Below the pieces are notes generated by a model. That model saw only the letters and a list, made by a program, of their open reading frames with translations, had not been told where the DNA came from and ran no database searches. A DNA stretch of 64,000 bases from Lytechinus pictus (lineage: Eukaryota). Position numbers and translations under genes: made by a program. This document shows positions 50,866 through 64,000 of the stretch, piece by piece (positions within the stretch are counted from its first letter, which is position 1; each line of letters starts with the position of its first letter). The stretch lies in contig NC_087252.1 in NCBI RefSeq assembly GCF_037042905.1, forward strand, positions 13,146,001-13,210,000, given 5' to 3'.

Positions 50866-51633
50866 CCCCACAGCAAGCCATAGCTACGCTGCCAAAGGGC
50901 ATCGAGAACTATCACACTAATTACTATTGGAGAAGAGCGAGGAGTATTTAGTTAACAGCATGCAGAAAAAAAATGAGTATTTATTCATCACCAACTTGTA
51001 GCGGTACGGTTACTTCGTAGGAGATCTTCATGTAAGCTCGAGAACCTCGGGACGAGGCACTTCGTTGGTTGAAGAATCTTCTAAGGTGAAGATTGAGAGT
51101 GGGTTTCCTGTTAAGGCAGTTTGACACCCACTGGGTAACACCAAGAGAAGTCACATAGATTGCAGACTGGTTCTCTCAAAGCTTTAAAGACTAGTCACAT
51201 GACCATGGCGAGCGATCACATGACAACTGCAGCTTCGTCAACGTGCAGAGATCTATCCCAGTCAACTAGCTGTCTTTGTCCAAAGAGTGTCGATGCCTGG
51301 TCCTGATGCAGAGATCTAGAACTACTTCAGTAATGGCTTGTACCCTGGACGGCGGAATGTACAAGTAACATTTCTCATTGCTGGCATTGTACTTTCTGTG
51401 ATGTCTTTGTGTGTCACCTAGGAGTCTAATTACGACGATAGTTTTAACTATTTGATTTTAGAAAACCATAATACTAAGGTCACCTCTATGACGGTGGGTG
51501 TTTTCCGTACCCAAGTTGAAAACTGCCAGATGCTCAATTGAATTTCATCATCTACTTCTCTTTGTGATTACATAATAGTGGGTTGAATTCGCTGCAGATT
51601 AGACTAGCATCCCGAGGGGCGCTACCCCTAGAG

Positions 51634-51894
51634 ATCCTGCCGTGTTTGTCCTGCTCCCCTCTGGTGTGGTCCAAGAAGATTGAGCTAGGTATTGCAAGAA
51701 GCCGCCCAAGCCGTAGCCAGAAGGGCACTATTCCCTGTACAAAGTCTATTACTAAGTGCCCTTCTCGCTCCGTAGGTGCGTCCTTCTGGCCTAGTTGGGG
51801 CATTAGAGGGGGTAGTTTTCGCTTATTACAATTTTTAATCTTCTCTCCCTCGTCGGAAAACAAATACCTCGAATAAATACAAACACGGCAGGAT
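51634..51894 (+). other. Predicted long RNA stem-loop in the presumed GSK3 3'UTR, next to AATAAA (51872..51877)
   Basis: Perfect 16-bp closing pair atcctgccgtgtttgt / acaaacacggcaggat with nested inner helices, read by eye. Confidence 0.6.
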
Positions 51895-54800
51895 TGTGAA
51901 GTATGAATCTCTCCCAGTGTCTGCAACGTTTTCGGTCGATGGACCGAGTCTGTGTGGGAGGCTAGTAATAATTAGAATAATTAGTACTTGATATTAGTCC
52001 ATCGTCCCCATTTTAGTAAGGACTTATTTTAGTGTGGCCTGAATATTGTGTACAGATAACTAGTGGTATGTCTTTGGCTACAGATGTTTCTCCCTTTCTT
52101 CACATCAGTCAGTAACACCAAGTGCCCAATATTTCCTGATAGTGTCAACATCTTGCTTGTCTTGATTTTGTTTATCGGTGCCAACAAACTTAGCAGATTG
52201 TGTCAAATTTATGATGTGAATTGCATTCAAGTAATGTAGGTAGGTGTTACACTTAATCCAATAATTGCTCTGGAGGGCTTACTTAAAATGCTTTTTAAAG
52301 AAGCATTATTATTACTGCCATATTTTATTGGTTCTTGACTTTGAATGGGGCTGTTTGCAATGTTCCGTTCACATTTAATCCGTGCTGCATCTGGCTCACA
52401 AAGCACCACTGAATGTTTATATGATATGCCACCACATTAGGCATATACTCAGGTACAGTTGTGAAGTTGAATTTACAGTGGTGCTTTGTGCAAATGCTGT
52501 AGAAGATGGCGCAGTATGTGAACGGACCTTGGCATACGCAAGTCCCGACTTCAGTTTGGCTTTACATTGTCTGAAAGCTTGTATGTTGCTAGTAATATCA
52601 GTACGCTTGGAAAGCTATGGCAAAAATTAATGTTATTGATTTTATTATGTTAGATTAAGCGGTGTGTGAAACAGAGAAAGATGGGGAAGAGAGGGGGAGC
52701 CACTGACATACCCTAAAGGTCAATTAGACCATGTAAACAAAGAAAGAGTATTATGGGATGGTCTCTCATAGGCACAGAGATGTTTAATGTGATATATATG
52801 ATGTACAGTTTTATAACGTCCCATGTCCGCACCTGGTTGGAACGGGACACTTGTGTATAGACTTCAAAATAATTTAATGATTTTGTTTCTTGCAAAATTA
52901 TGCCAATGACCACGTAATGTATGTCAAATGCACAGAGCTGATGAAGAGGCATGAATTATAGAATAATAACAGAACTAGTCAGTTAAATTAATGAGTACCG
53001 GTAGTCCATATCTTATGTTTTTTTTTCCCTTTTTGTTGTGTGTTATTTTTTATACCAGAATACTTTGTCCTATATATATGTTAATCGTATGTAGACTGTC
53101 GAGCGCGGGCAGTTGTATCCGTTCGTTGCAGTATGTAGTGGAGATGCGTTAACTAATTTAGCAGTAACATATGTATCTTGCATTTGTTTCAATGTTTATT
53201 GGTATTGTTTTTAAATCTGTTCTAGAGGAGCACACGACAGTTACCTCTCGTTCTTTTTAGTTGGACATGCTCCTTTCGTTAACGATTGCAATATGTAAAT
53301 GTCCCTTCGGAGGAGTAATGACGTGTAATTATATATGCGATTTTTCACGAAATACTTGCATAGAAATGGAATTTTAAATCTGTGAATGCTTTTAATGTGA
53401 TATACTAGTTATTTTATTCATAATTATTGTAGAATTCAATCAGTTTTTTAAGGATTCATTATACGCAGGAAAGATTGAGCAATTAACATGTGTAACCTTG
53501 TGATAATTGGATATTATATGAGAAAACCATCCTTAATATTTCTCTATAATCAAGGGCTTATGTATTTCTCTTTACTATATTAATTTTTTTTTAAGGCCAC
53601 TTGTTTGTCATAATTTCTCTCTCTCATATACACCTGCACACACTAAGATTCTGTTCAAAAGGATTAGATAGTGTAGCCTTGTTGTGTAATTAGAATGGTA
53701 ATAATTGCTAATGGGTGAAGTATCCCGGATTGAACTAAACTATTAGGAACAAACCACTATGTAATATCATTTAAACCGTCTTGAGTGTAGGGGGTGTGTT
53801 AGGGATGTGAGGGGGGGGGGGGGGCAGTAGGAGACTTTGGGGGGGGGGGGCAGTAGTAGACTTTGGGGGGGAGGGGGCATGTCAACGATGAAAGTGAGCA
53901 TAACCCTTCTTCAGTCTACATAAGTTCTACATGATAACTAGACCAATCTTTATTTTTGGACCAAAATGTGCGGAAGACATTGGGACGCAAATATCAGAAA
54001 CCTTACAAGTATAGCTGTACACCTTATCAAAAGGGTTGGAGCTAGAGATAATCTCGCATTTCCCCAGCAGACGTCAATGATGCCCCTCCTCACGGTGGCG
54101 GATCTAGCCGGATTAGATACCTAACTTTGGTTAGGCCCACCCTTGTGTACAGACGATATGGCCCATGAAATAGTATTGTCTAACCCGGCTGAATCCGGCC
54201 CAGTCTCCTCATATCCATGATAGTATGAAAGGGGTCCTTACCAGTGTGTTCGCGTATGTAACAGTCCCCAAGCTATATTCAAATATATTCTTTGTCATTA
54301 CCCCCTCATGGTATTCTGTGATTGTGGTACTGACTGTGTGCTTTTCGTGATAGGTTTTGCCAAACTCTGAATCACAGTTGCCACAGAGAAATCAATGCTC
54401 AACTATCAGTGTTTATAAGAAGGCGGAAAGCATGCAATTATATTTATATGTAGTGATATACGCTTCCCTTTGATAGGCCTTCTGTTAAACTAGGAATGAA
54501 TTATCTGAAACATTACTTATCCGTTGTATTATTTCCGCTGTGGCGTTAATAATCAGGTTGCATCAGCGCAGTGCTGTAGCAAACTCCAAAGAATATATTG
54601 ATATATCTTATGTATAGTAGGCAAGTAGAAGGGAATTTACATTGGCATTTTTTGTTTGAAATTGGACAAGAATTCTGCCAGTTTTCATATCCCCATCCTC
54701 TTTTTCTCTTGTAAATAAATTGACCTATTTCCCCCACTAGTATTTTTTTCCCGATGTATGAAATTTGTATAAAATCGTGTAAAACTGGCAGAGTTCTTGC

Positions 54801-56768
54801 AAAGAGAAAGCATTATTTGAACAAACCAAAATGTGGAATGTCATTGAATAACCATCCATTATTCTTTTTCACCGATGGCTGGTTAGATAATGAGTAATTC
54901 GTAACTCAAGCAACACTTACTAAAAGAGAAGCTGCCTATAGGGGGCAGGCTTCAGAGTATTCACTGCACTTATTTATGAAGACTAACCGCTTCTTGAATT
55001 AACAAATTTTGAACATAATGTAGTTCATTCATCAGGACATCAACTCTTTTCTCAGACTCTTTTCATGCGCGTTAGATAGATAGATAGAGAAAGAGAGAGT
55101 GAGTGAGAGAGAGAGGGTGAGAAAAAATTGACTATGTTCAAATATGCTGCTGGTGTTAAATTTCCCTTTTTATTTCTGTTTCCATTTATCACACGGTATT
55201 TTAACCAAGTACTCGCTTTTTTTTATTTGAAGCTGTGCATATGATTGTGGATGTTATGTTTTATTTTATTATTCGAAGGAGACAACAGGTCATACAGCGT
55301 TTGGAGGCTGCAAATATGATTTTAATGATTTTTTGTTTATATCAAGTTATTGCAGACTCTTGTTTTTTCTAGCTACCAACCTGACATATCTGAGCAGGTT
55401 GCAGCCACACCCCCGCTGTATGTTGAAACGTTTGCTTGTTTGCGTACACTGCGTAAACAATCGGGCGTATCGTTTTTATTTGAGAAAAAATATCAAGAAA
55501 TGTTTCGTTTTTGTTTTAGATGTTCAGTTTCGCCCATGAATGATCTAGCTATGAGTGCCAGGTTATTCTTTCCCCTTTTAAATTGATAATTTTTAAAAAT
55601 ATTTTTTTTGTTTTCAAATCCTTCTCTATTATTATTTGTTATTCTCAGAAGGGTTTTGTAGACTGAATTTGATTTCCGGGAAGAGAATTGTAAACTTATC
55701 TACATCATGTAAATATTATTGTATGATGAACGTGATACATTTTGTTGTTTACAAACTGATGATGTCTTCTGCCTTCTTTGTTACATGTTGGTTGATTTCT
55801 ATTTATAGATATGAAAAGATGAGGAAAGAGAGAGAGAGGAGGGGCATAAGAGAGAGAGGGGTGTAGATAGGGAAAGAGAGCGGAAGAGGGGTTTTGAGTG
55901 GGAGGATATGGATGATTTATTTAGCTGAAGATCTTTAATAAGATCTTTAGTTTAATTTCACACCCTTGAAATAATAAGTTCAATCTCTCGAATTGACTAC
56001 AGCTCTCTATATTGTTTCCCCTCTCTCTCTTACATTCTATCCATTTTCCATCTCAAATACAATGTATCTCTATTCTCTTCCACCTTCTTTCCTTCATGTC
56101 AATGGATTTCCATTTAGTTTTGTGTTTAGTGAATGGACGAAAGTGGGAGGGGAGACGGAGAAAAGAGTATTGATGGGTAGGAAGGAACAATGGCGATTGA
56201 AAGGAGAGGGGGGGGGGTAGAGAATAAGCCAGTTCATAGTTCCACTCTGCGCATGTTCAGAGGATCTCTTGCATCTACAAAAAACCACAATACCTCCCCG
56301 AATGACTGGTATATTTCACAGTTTGCCAAGTACATTGTACAACATGCTCTAATATGCATTCCAAGTAGAAATGCAATAAGTACCTTCATAGAGTGTTCAT
56401 TGATGTGCTATTCTAGTCACCTGGTCTATTCAATTGCTTCATCCTGCTATGTAAGGCAAGCTTACATAATATCTTGCTTTTGAAATCTGCCTTTCATAAT
56501 GAAAGAAATAAAAGGTCATTTGACCAAAATTGTCCATGATGTAACTACGAACTGGTCTTAAAAGGGCAGTGAATTTGAGAGATGAGCAAAATGATTTGAA
56601 GAACACAAAAAAAAAAACAGGAGTGGAGATTGAAAGGAGGGAGGGGAACAATATAAAAGAGATGAGTTTTGTAGGAGGAAGAGACAATATAAAAAGAGAT
56701 GCAGTCAATCTGAGAAATGGGAGTTGTTTTATTAGCACTTGACGAGCTTTGCTCTGTAAAATAGTTAA

Positions 56769-57266
56769 AGGGGAAGTTCACCCTGACAAAAAGTTTATTG
56801 TAAAAATAGCAAAAAAAAATTAATAAAAAATATTGCCGAAGGTTTGAGAAAAATTCATCAAATAATTAAAGTTATTAGAATTTCGATTATTTGATATGTG
56901 ACGTCATATGCGAGCAGCATTCCTACATAGCGAATGGTAAAAAATCAATGAAATGTCATTTTCTCAGAAAATTGAAAATGGTTTTCACTGTACCTTTTGT
57001 ATATCAATAGACAAATCATTCCACACCCGATCATGAATAGAAAACAAAATTAAGTCATCAGGAACCATATACAATTTGAAATTCATGCATTTTATATTAC
57101 ATAACACATGGGGCAGCTGCTCGTTTATGACGTCACAAATCCAAAACTTTGAACTCAAATAACTTTCTTACTCTTTAACGGATTTTCCTCAAACCTTCAC
57201 CAATGTTTTTTATTATTTTTTTCTGCTATATTTACAACAAAGTTTTCTTCAGGGTGAACTTCCCCT
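56769..57266. mobile_element. TTAA-flanked palindromic non-autonomous DNA transposon (Kolobok-like)
   Basis: ttaa|aggggaagttcaccctga ... tcagggtgaacttcccct|ttaa; perfect 18-bp TIR and long arms. Confidence 0.88.
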
Positions 57267-60200
57267 TTAAAGATACGAGAGTCGTTTTTTACATCACCAC
57301 TTATTTTAATTGGTTCCTTTTAAATTGATACAAAACACAAATCCACAATAATTGAGAAGGTATAGTCAGACTAATAACTCATTTAACAAACGAGTGTACA
57401 GTATGTTAGGGCCCCTACTACTATTTTAATACATGAGTCCAAATTCCAATGCCATTAACCCGACGAAAGATGGCGCTATTTCACTTCAATTTTCCCAACT
57501 TTGTCGCCAATATGGCGGCGGCGGCCTAAAATAATGTATTCATCCACGTAGGGAGGCAGCATTTAGCGATAATTGATTTCTTTTCCTCTTCCGATGTATT
57601 TACTTCAAGTTCATATTTTTGAAAACATTTCATTAAATCTGATAGAAATATTAACCCAACAAAAATTGACAAATAACAAAAGCGCAGCACAAACACAAAT
57701 GAGAACAAATTAATAGGAGGACAATAAAAAATTAACAATACTCGTGATCTAATATAAGGGACATAATGCACCACAGTCATGTGTTAAATAGACGGTGGTT
57801 TAAAAAAAATATATGTCGCTGTGCTCCCTCGCATCGGTATTTCTCTTAAAGAGTCTCACACACATTTTAGGGCTATCTACTTTTATCAAGGGGACTAATT
57901 AATGTCTAAAACTGTCTCTAAAGGCTATACTATAGACATGCTTTTAAAACTTTCATTTGCCTCTTGCTAAATGTTGCGTTCTTATGAAACTCATTTAATG
58001 AACCCCATGAAAATGTAAAATATTTGGTTAAAAAAGATAAATATTGAAACCTTTGATTTGTTCGAGGGGGGTCATTCCTGCCAGTGATAAAGCTCAGAAA
58101 AATAATGAAAAAAATAATGTCTTGAATTTCGATATTCCCTGCCCTGCAATCTGGTTACTGATATTTTTTGAAAATTCTATTTGAATGCGGAAGAAATAGA
58201 ACTACTCATTATTAGGTATCGCTGGTTGCATCACTTCATTTCCTCGATCGCTTGACCACAGATAGGCCTATAACTATATTGTCATATGGGGGGGGGGGCG
58301 TGGGGGTATCGTAATACATGCCAGTGACTTGATCAAGATAAGGCTTATTTTAGATGTCGTAATCTGAACGGAACTTTCTCTGCCTTTTCATATCTCTTTT
58401 CTTCTTAATTTGCAGCTGTATAAAGATAGACCACGCTTTATCAACCAATTTTGGCAAACGTACCTAATGACGAAAAATATGTTTACTTTAGGGTCTTTCT
58501 TGGCTTTCTTTTTGTACCAACAAAAATAGTTCTCATTTTCATTGTCCTTTTCCCAATCTTATTAATTTTGGCCCTGTATTATATACTCCATGTCGGTGAA
58601 GGTATATTTATGGTCAATTTGAGGTTTAGTGGCTGTGGTAAATCTTTATGAGAAAAAAATGAGTGAACGAAATAAGAGTTTGAATGAATGTGCAAAAGAA
58701 ACGGGCAATAGAATCACAATATCATAAAAACTGTGTTAATTTACTTTGTCTTCTTTGTCTTGTCATTCCCTCTCCCTTCTCTCTTCCTTTCCTTCTGTCT
58801 TATGCGCAATATAATCGGAAGACCTCTTTGTGTGACTAGCCCTGCACCTGGTCAGTAATTCAAATACATCAATATCTGATTTCCACCTTTTTGTTCCTTC
58901 TCTTTATTTCTTTCCTGGATACGCATATATGATTAAGTCGACAATTTACTATTTTTTTCTTCATTTCCAAGGGGGATCCACACTTTACAACCATTGCTTT
59001 TAGTGGACCCACCCCACTAAATTCAATTTTTGCTCAATGATACTGTTGTTATTTGCGAGGTAAGAATATTCATTTGTAAAATTGTATCCGATTTATATTA
59101 CTTTGTATTATGTTTGAATGGAAATGAAATAAAGAATAAAGAATTGAAAAGTAACGAACCATCGTGAACTTGATTGTTAGTTGCCCCCGGTCATCCCATA
59201 ATTCGACTGTTATTATTTGGATACTGTGAGATAAAAAGTGTTAATAATGGATGCGATTCGCGATTTACATGAAAATCGATCCTGACCGAAGAAAAAAAAT
59301 ACAACTGCGCAAAGACGTAAAACCATTTTTCAAGAGCGGAAATGAATGCATCTTTTATTCATGAACATCTTACATTTCTGATATCCAAACATGGTTCATT
59401 ATCGAGTGGACGCTAAATTTTCTCAGAATGATATTTAAACTTCTAAATATTATCTCCACAGATGAAAAATGATTTAACGGTCATTCAACAGTTGCAACAA
59501 TACAATTTGGCATTATTGAGCCAAATCTTCCGACGAAGTTTGGGGACCTTTTCATAAAAGGACTTGTTGGATGTTTAATCCAACAGTTACCATAGTAACA
59601 GTGCCTCTCAGCCAATTTAAAATAGGGGAAAGTTGTCAGATCTGACAAATGTTGATGAAACACTCCCCCGTGAAAGGCCGTGCCTCGGCGGTCGCGTTTG
59701 AAAGTAGTCTAGCGCCAGCTAACGGTAGAGATAGTACATGTTTCATTGATGTGAGAAAAAAAGTACTGCTGTTTTGATTATTCTCTCTTTGGTTTTCTTC
59801 CACTTAACTGCTCCTCTCCAATATTTCTCACCCTCTATTTCTCTCTCATCTTCTGTCTTCACTTCATACCTTTTCAAAAAAAAAAATCTATTCTCTTGAA
59901 AAATATTGTCTTTTATACAGTCCTCTCCTTGGTTCTCGTTCATTTTACTGTCCCTTTCACATCTCTTTCTCTCTCTTCTTCCCTCTCTCTCACCTTCATG
60001 TCTCTTTCTCATCTGTCTGTCCATGTCTTCTGTCATAAGCACATTCTATCTCTCATTCTCTATCTCCCTTCCCTTCCCTTATGCTTTATCCCTACCAGTT
60101 TTTTTTTTTTTTTTTTTGGGGGGGGATTTTTTATATTTTATTTATTTATCTTTTTTTCGGGGGGGGGGGGGGGGGGGGGTTAGCGGATGTATACAAATAA

Positions 60201-61604
60201 GGAAGTTGAGCCTCTTCTTAGTTCACCCCCTTCACTCTTCCCTCTCTTTTCTCTCTCTCTCTCCCCCACTTCTATCTTCTCTCTCTCACCCCTTCCAAAT
60301 CTCTATATATATCCTTTTGCTCAGACCCATTTGGTATTACCAAAAAAGGAGGGAAGGGAGGGGGGGGGGGGTGAGACTGGGCCCACAAAGATAGCTTTCT
60401 GTCACTCTTCAAATCATTAAAACCAACTAGAGAAAGAAAATAAGGTATGAATCTGTACTTTTAATTATGAAAGGCAGTCAAACCCAATAAATGCAAGAAT
60501 AAACTCAATAATATGAAGATAATGAAGAAAAAACACTGTAAAATTTGTTACTTTTCAAAAGTAATATTGTTAACAGTAACATACAATCATATATTTCCAT
60601 TGAGTACATTCGTGAATATACTCAAGTATGACACGCTTTCTCAAGTTGATAAAATCAAATCATATCTAGTGTTTGTATTAAGTATTTATCATGCAGCAAG
60701 ATCAGGGTGGTAGTTTAGATGTGACACATAAAATAGGGAAATTTTCAGGTCAAAATATTAGGCACATGGAGAAATTACAATTAGCATTACTATGTATTAA
60801 CTACATCAGTATTATAATCATTTTCATTGATCCAATCACTTTAAATATTCTTGCAACTTTTTATCTGTAATTCAAGGAACTGCAATTCATGGATGGCTGG
60901 TAAATACAACAAAGAGTTTTCAACTTGAAAGAAAGCTTTATCACCACACCCATAGCAATCCCAAACCAATAAGAATTGAAAATTATATATGATTTCTCAA
61001 AACTACCAAAAACGATTACTATCTGCATTGATAGTTAAGACACACTTGGATATCTGCCCTGAATTTGGAATAAGTTAGTTTTCGTATTTATAATGTTTAT
61101 TGTGACAACAAGTAAGAAATTATGACTTGTTTAGAAATGTAAAATAGGATTTTGTTTCTAGCATTATTAGTATGGGAGATGATAGTATAGTAGTTTGGTG
61201 TAAAATAAGATTTTGAACTTTTTCTGTAACAGATTTATATGCTAAATACACTTAGAGAATAAAAAAAAACACTTTTCACGAAACCTGCAGAATACGGTAT
61301 AAAAAAAGGAACAGGTGGTCTAGATCTGTGTGCTCCATTTTTGGACGACAGATCATAAGGTTTGTAGTCTTAGCTTTGCAGGACTATTAAAACAATCTTC
61401 GGATATTATAACCAGTGAAAAAATTATAAGATTTGACGAAATAATCAGAATTTTACCATATATGGAATAGGACTAAACAGGCATTCAATGAAATGGGAAA
61501 GAGACCACAATGCAAGGCACTATGTCAAATTACTGTGCTACATGTTTTCACAGGGATACCACACTAAAGCAACTCTGCATCTTTTATATATATATATACC
61601 GAGA

Positions 61605-61799
61605 TTTTTTACCTGACTGCTATTAAAGAAAGCATGAATGCCTGTGAGCAAGCAACCAGGGGACCAACGGCTTAAGGTCCTCTCCGAGGGACCTGGTTAT
61701 GAGGATAAATGCCTTACCAAAGGGCACTAGCGCACCACTTGGGTATCGAACCCGGGTCACCGGAATCCGAAACCCCCGCTTTACCGACTCGCGCCTCCC
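61605..61799 (-). mobile_element. tRNA-derived SINE (family A)
   Basis: Minus strand gggaggcgcgagtcggtaaagcggggtttcggattccggtgacccgggttcgataccc; body homologous to 41600..41794. Confidence 0.8.
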
Positions 61800-63642
61800 T
61801 CATAGCGGCTTTCCCGTATTTCCCATCGTTTATTGTCTATGTTGAATTGTGGGAAATGGAAATCAAAAGCAGCTTCCTAGCAGAAAGATGGGACTCTGCT
61901 TTTAGAAAGATGGCTAATCACCAATAACAAACAGGGGTCTAATGATTAAAACTAATTTAAAATGAAACAAGGTTGAATCCAAATCTCGATAAAATTTAAA
62001 GAAAAAAAAATGGACAGGCTAAAATTCAGCCCTTGCATCTTCTAATCCAATCAATAAATAGCATGTTCCTCCAACCAACTGCTTTCCAATACTAACTAAA
62101 ATATACAAAATGGCTAACTCGGACACCTCGACCGGCAACAAGAACAAGCATTGTATACAAAATAATCCTATACATGTACAAAGTATTTACACAAGAAAAT
62201 ACTGCAGTCATTTAAACAATTAAATTAAACATTTCTGGTAGAGTTCAAGTGAACAATAGTACAAATTTTCAGTCACTAAAAGTTGAATATAATAACACAG
62301 GAGGTCATGTATACAGTAACATTATGATCAAGGATAAACATGATTTCATATAATCATCTCACTTCATTTATATATATGTATATGTATACATGTCCAAATT
62401 ATGTAAATAAGAGCACCATTAGGTAAATCAAGAAATAATAATTCAAAATTTAAAATGAAGTAATAAATATGAGATTATACACTGGGTATGCTACAGTATA
62501 AAGAAGAGGTCAAAATCCAAGCATATTTAATGGTGCACCTAAAAGCCATGAATATAAATATTACTTGATAGGGAAATGCGAGTATTTTGATTAGCTAGGG
62601 CAACCATGACCCAATAGTGTAACATACTGCTTCATAAAGATATACAAAATTTTGAAAACTACATCAACATTGAGAAAAGAATTGCTTAAAATATGCAAAG
62701 AATATAACTAATCAACAATGGATAATTTTCTGTGTATTTTATTCCAGTAAACTGGTATGAAATTTATAATGGCTGGTAGTAAAAGAGTATCTAATGTAAC
62801 ATATCCAACTATTTTTTCAGATGCAGTACTAATGGTGTATTTAAAAATATCAACTAAATGTACACATTTCTTTATAATTCTTTATAATCAGAGATGTTAC
62901 AAATAAAAAAATGGAAATTCATTTTCTACATGCTACTATAACTTATGGCAGTATATATTTTACCCTTGGAAATGTGCAACCTCTTAGTAAAACCCAGTTG
63001 GTATTGAAGAATAACAAGTGAGGAAAAAAAGGAGAAAAAAACTTGTTGTGTGTCACAAAAAGTGATATTTCTTTTTTCGTTTTTGAAGATCCAAGACAAA
63101 GATAAAATCATCAGTGGATGAATGTCAAAGATCAAAATGAGAGAGTATTTTTTTGAAGGCCACAAAAGTTTGAAAGATTTAAAATTGCAGAATTGTGAAG
63201 TTAAATATTGCTTTATTACTTTGTAATATTACCAACGATAAAAGTTATTTGTATGCGCAGACATCATTCTTTAGTAAAAAGAATTATCATATGGTGAATT
63301 GCCAACTTCACATTGTATAAAAAAGGTGATATGATATAAAATATATCACAAAAGACTCAAATTTATCTGTACTAAAGTAAAAACAGGTCCTTTCGATAGC
63401 TGTCCCATTCAAGACAAGCATTTTTTTTCTGTGATGGAAAAGATAGTCTTTGGGTCCAGATGTTTCATCCAATGTTACACAGCCAGGATATGCATTTTAG
63501 GCTTTCCCTCCAGTTGTTGCAAGGAAATATATCCACATCACCACTTGAAGTCGTGCTAACAGCCTCCTGTGTTAGCAACTGTGACATCCATTCATTTTGA
63601 AGGCCATCCTCAGTTATTTCATTACATGATGAGATTCCCATT

Positions 63643-64000
<358 letters not shown>

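Noticed and set aside
50863..51900. Selenocysteine recoding of the GSK3 TGA via a SECIS element
   Set aside because: I could not identify a SECIS core (AUGA/GA quartet with apical AA) in the hairpins, and GSK3 is not a known selenoprotein.
51552..51926. Overlapping 124-aa and 97-aa ORFs
   Set aside because: No homology recognised and no ATG start evident; explained by the GC-balanced hairpin region.
59640..59730. Hammerhead-ribozyme-like ttgatga...gaaa
   Set aside because: The core is not CUGAUGA with valid stems; the segment matches a MITE end also seen near 3380..3420.
59743..60420. Several 77-162-aa ORFs
   Set aside because: CT-rich, poly-T and poly-G low-complexity sequence.

Overview
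AT-rich, repeat-dense animal genomic DNA, most consistent with an invertebrate deuterostome, probably a sea urchin (inferred from the GSK3 sequence and repeat types; not verifiable here). Three spliced genes were reconstructed by hand. (1) A minus-strand SNAPC2/SNAP45-like gene with 7 coding exons from ATG 9375, running off the left edge. (2) Head-to-head with it, a complete plus-strand GSK3/shaggy gene with 9 coding exons (11608..50865, 414 aa), a 30-kb first intron and a structured region downstream of the stop. (3) The last exon of a convergent PHLDB/LL5-family PH-domain gene at the right edge. Introns hold many non-autonomous DNA transposons (hAT-, Tc1/mariner-, Kolobok-, Harbinger-, Crypton- and Helentron-like, plus an AcademH-type derivative with a RecQ-helicase remnant) and tRNA-derived SINEs. 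The main points of interest are: a six-copy minisatellite built from the GSK3 exon-2/intron-2 junction that multiplies the 5' splice site and the catalytic-lysine strand; internal evidence that the abundant TACATGTA/TAGGCCTA palindromes are 6-nt insertions matching transposon excision footprints; a ~260-nt rod-like hairpin abutting an AATAAA in the presumed GSK3 3'UTR; and a SNAPC2 homologue outside vertebrates. Most entries in the ORF track are spurious.
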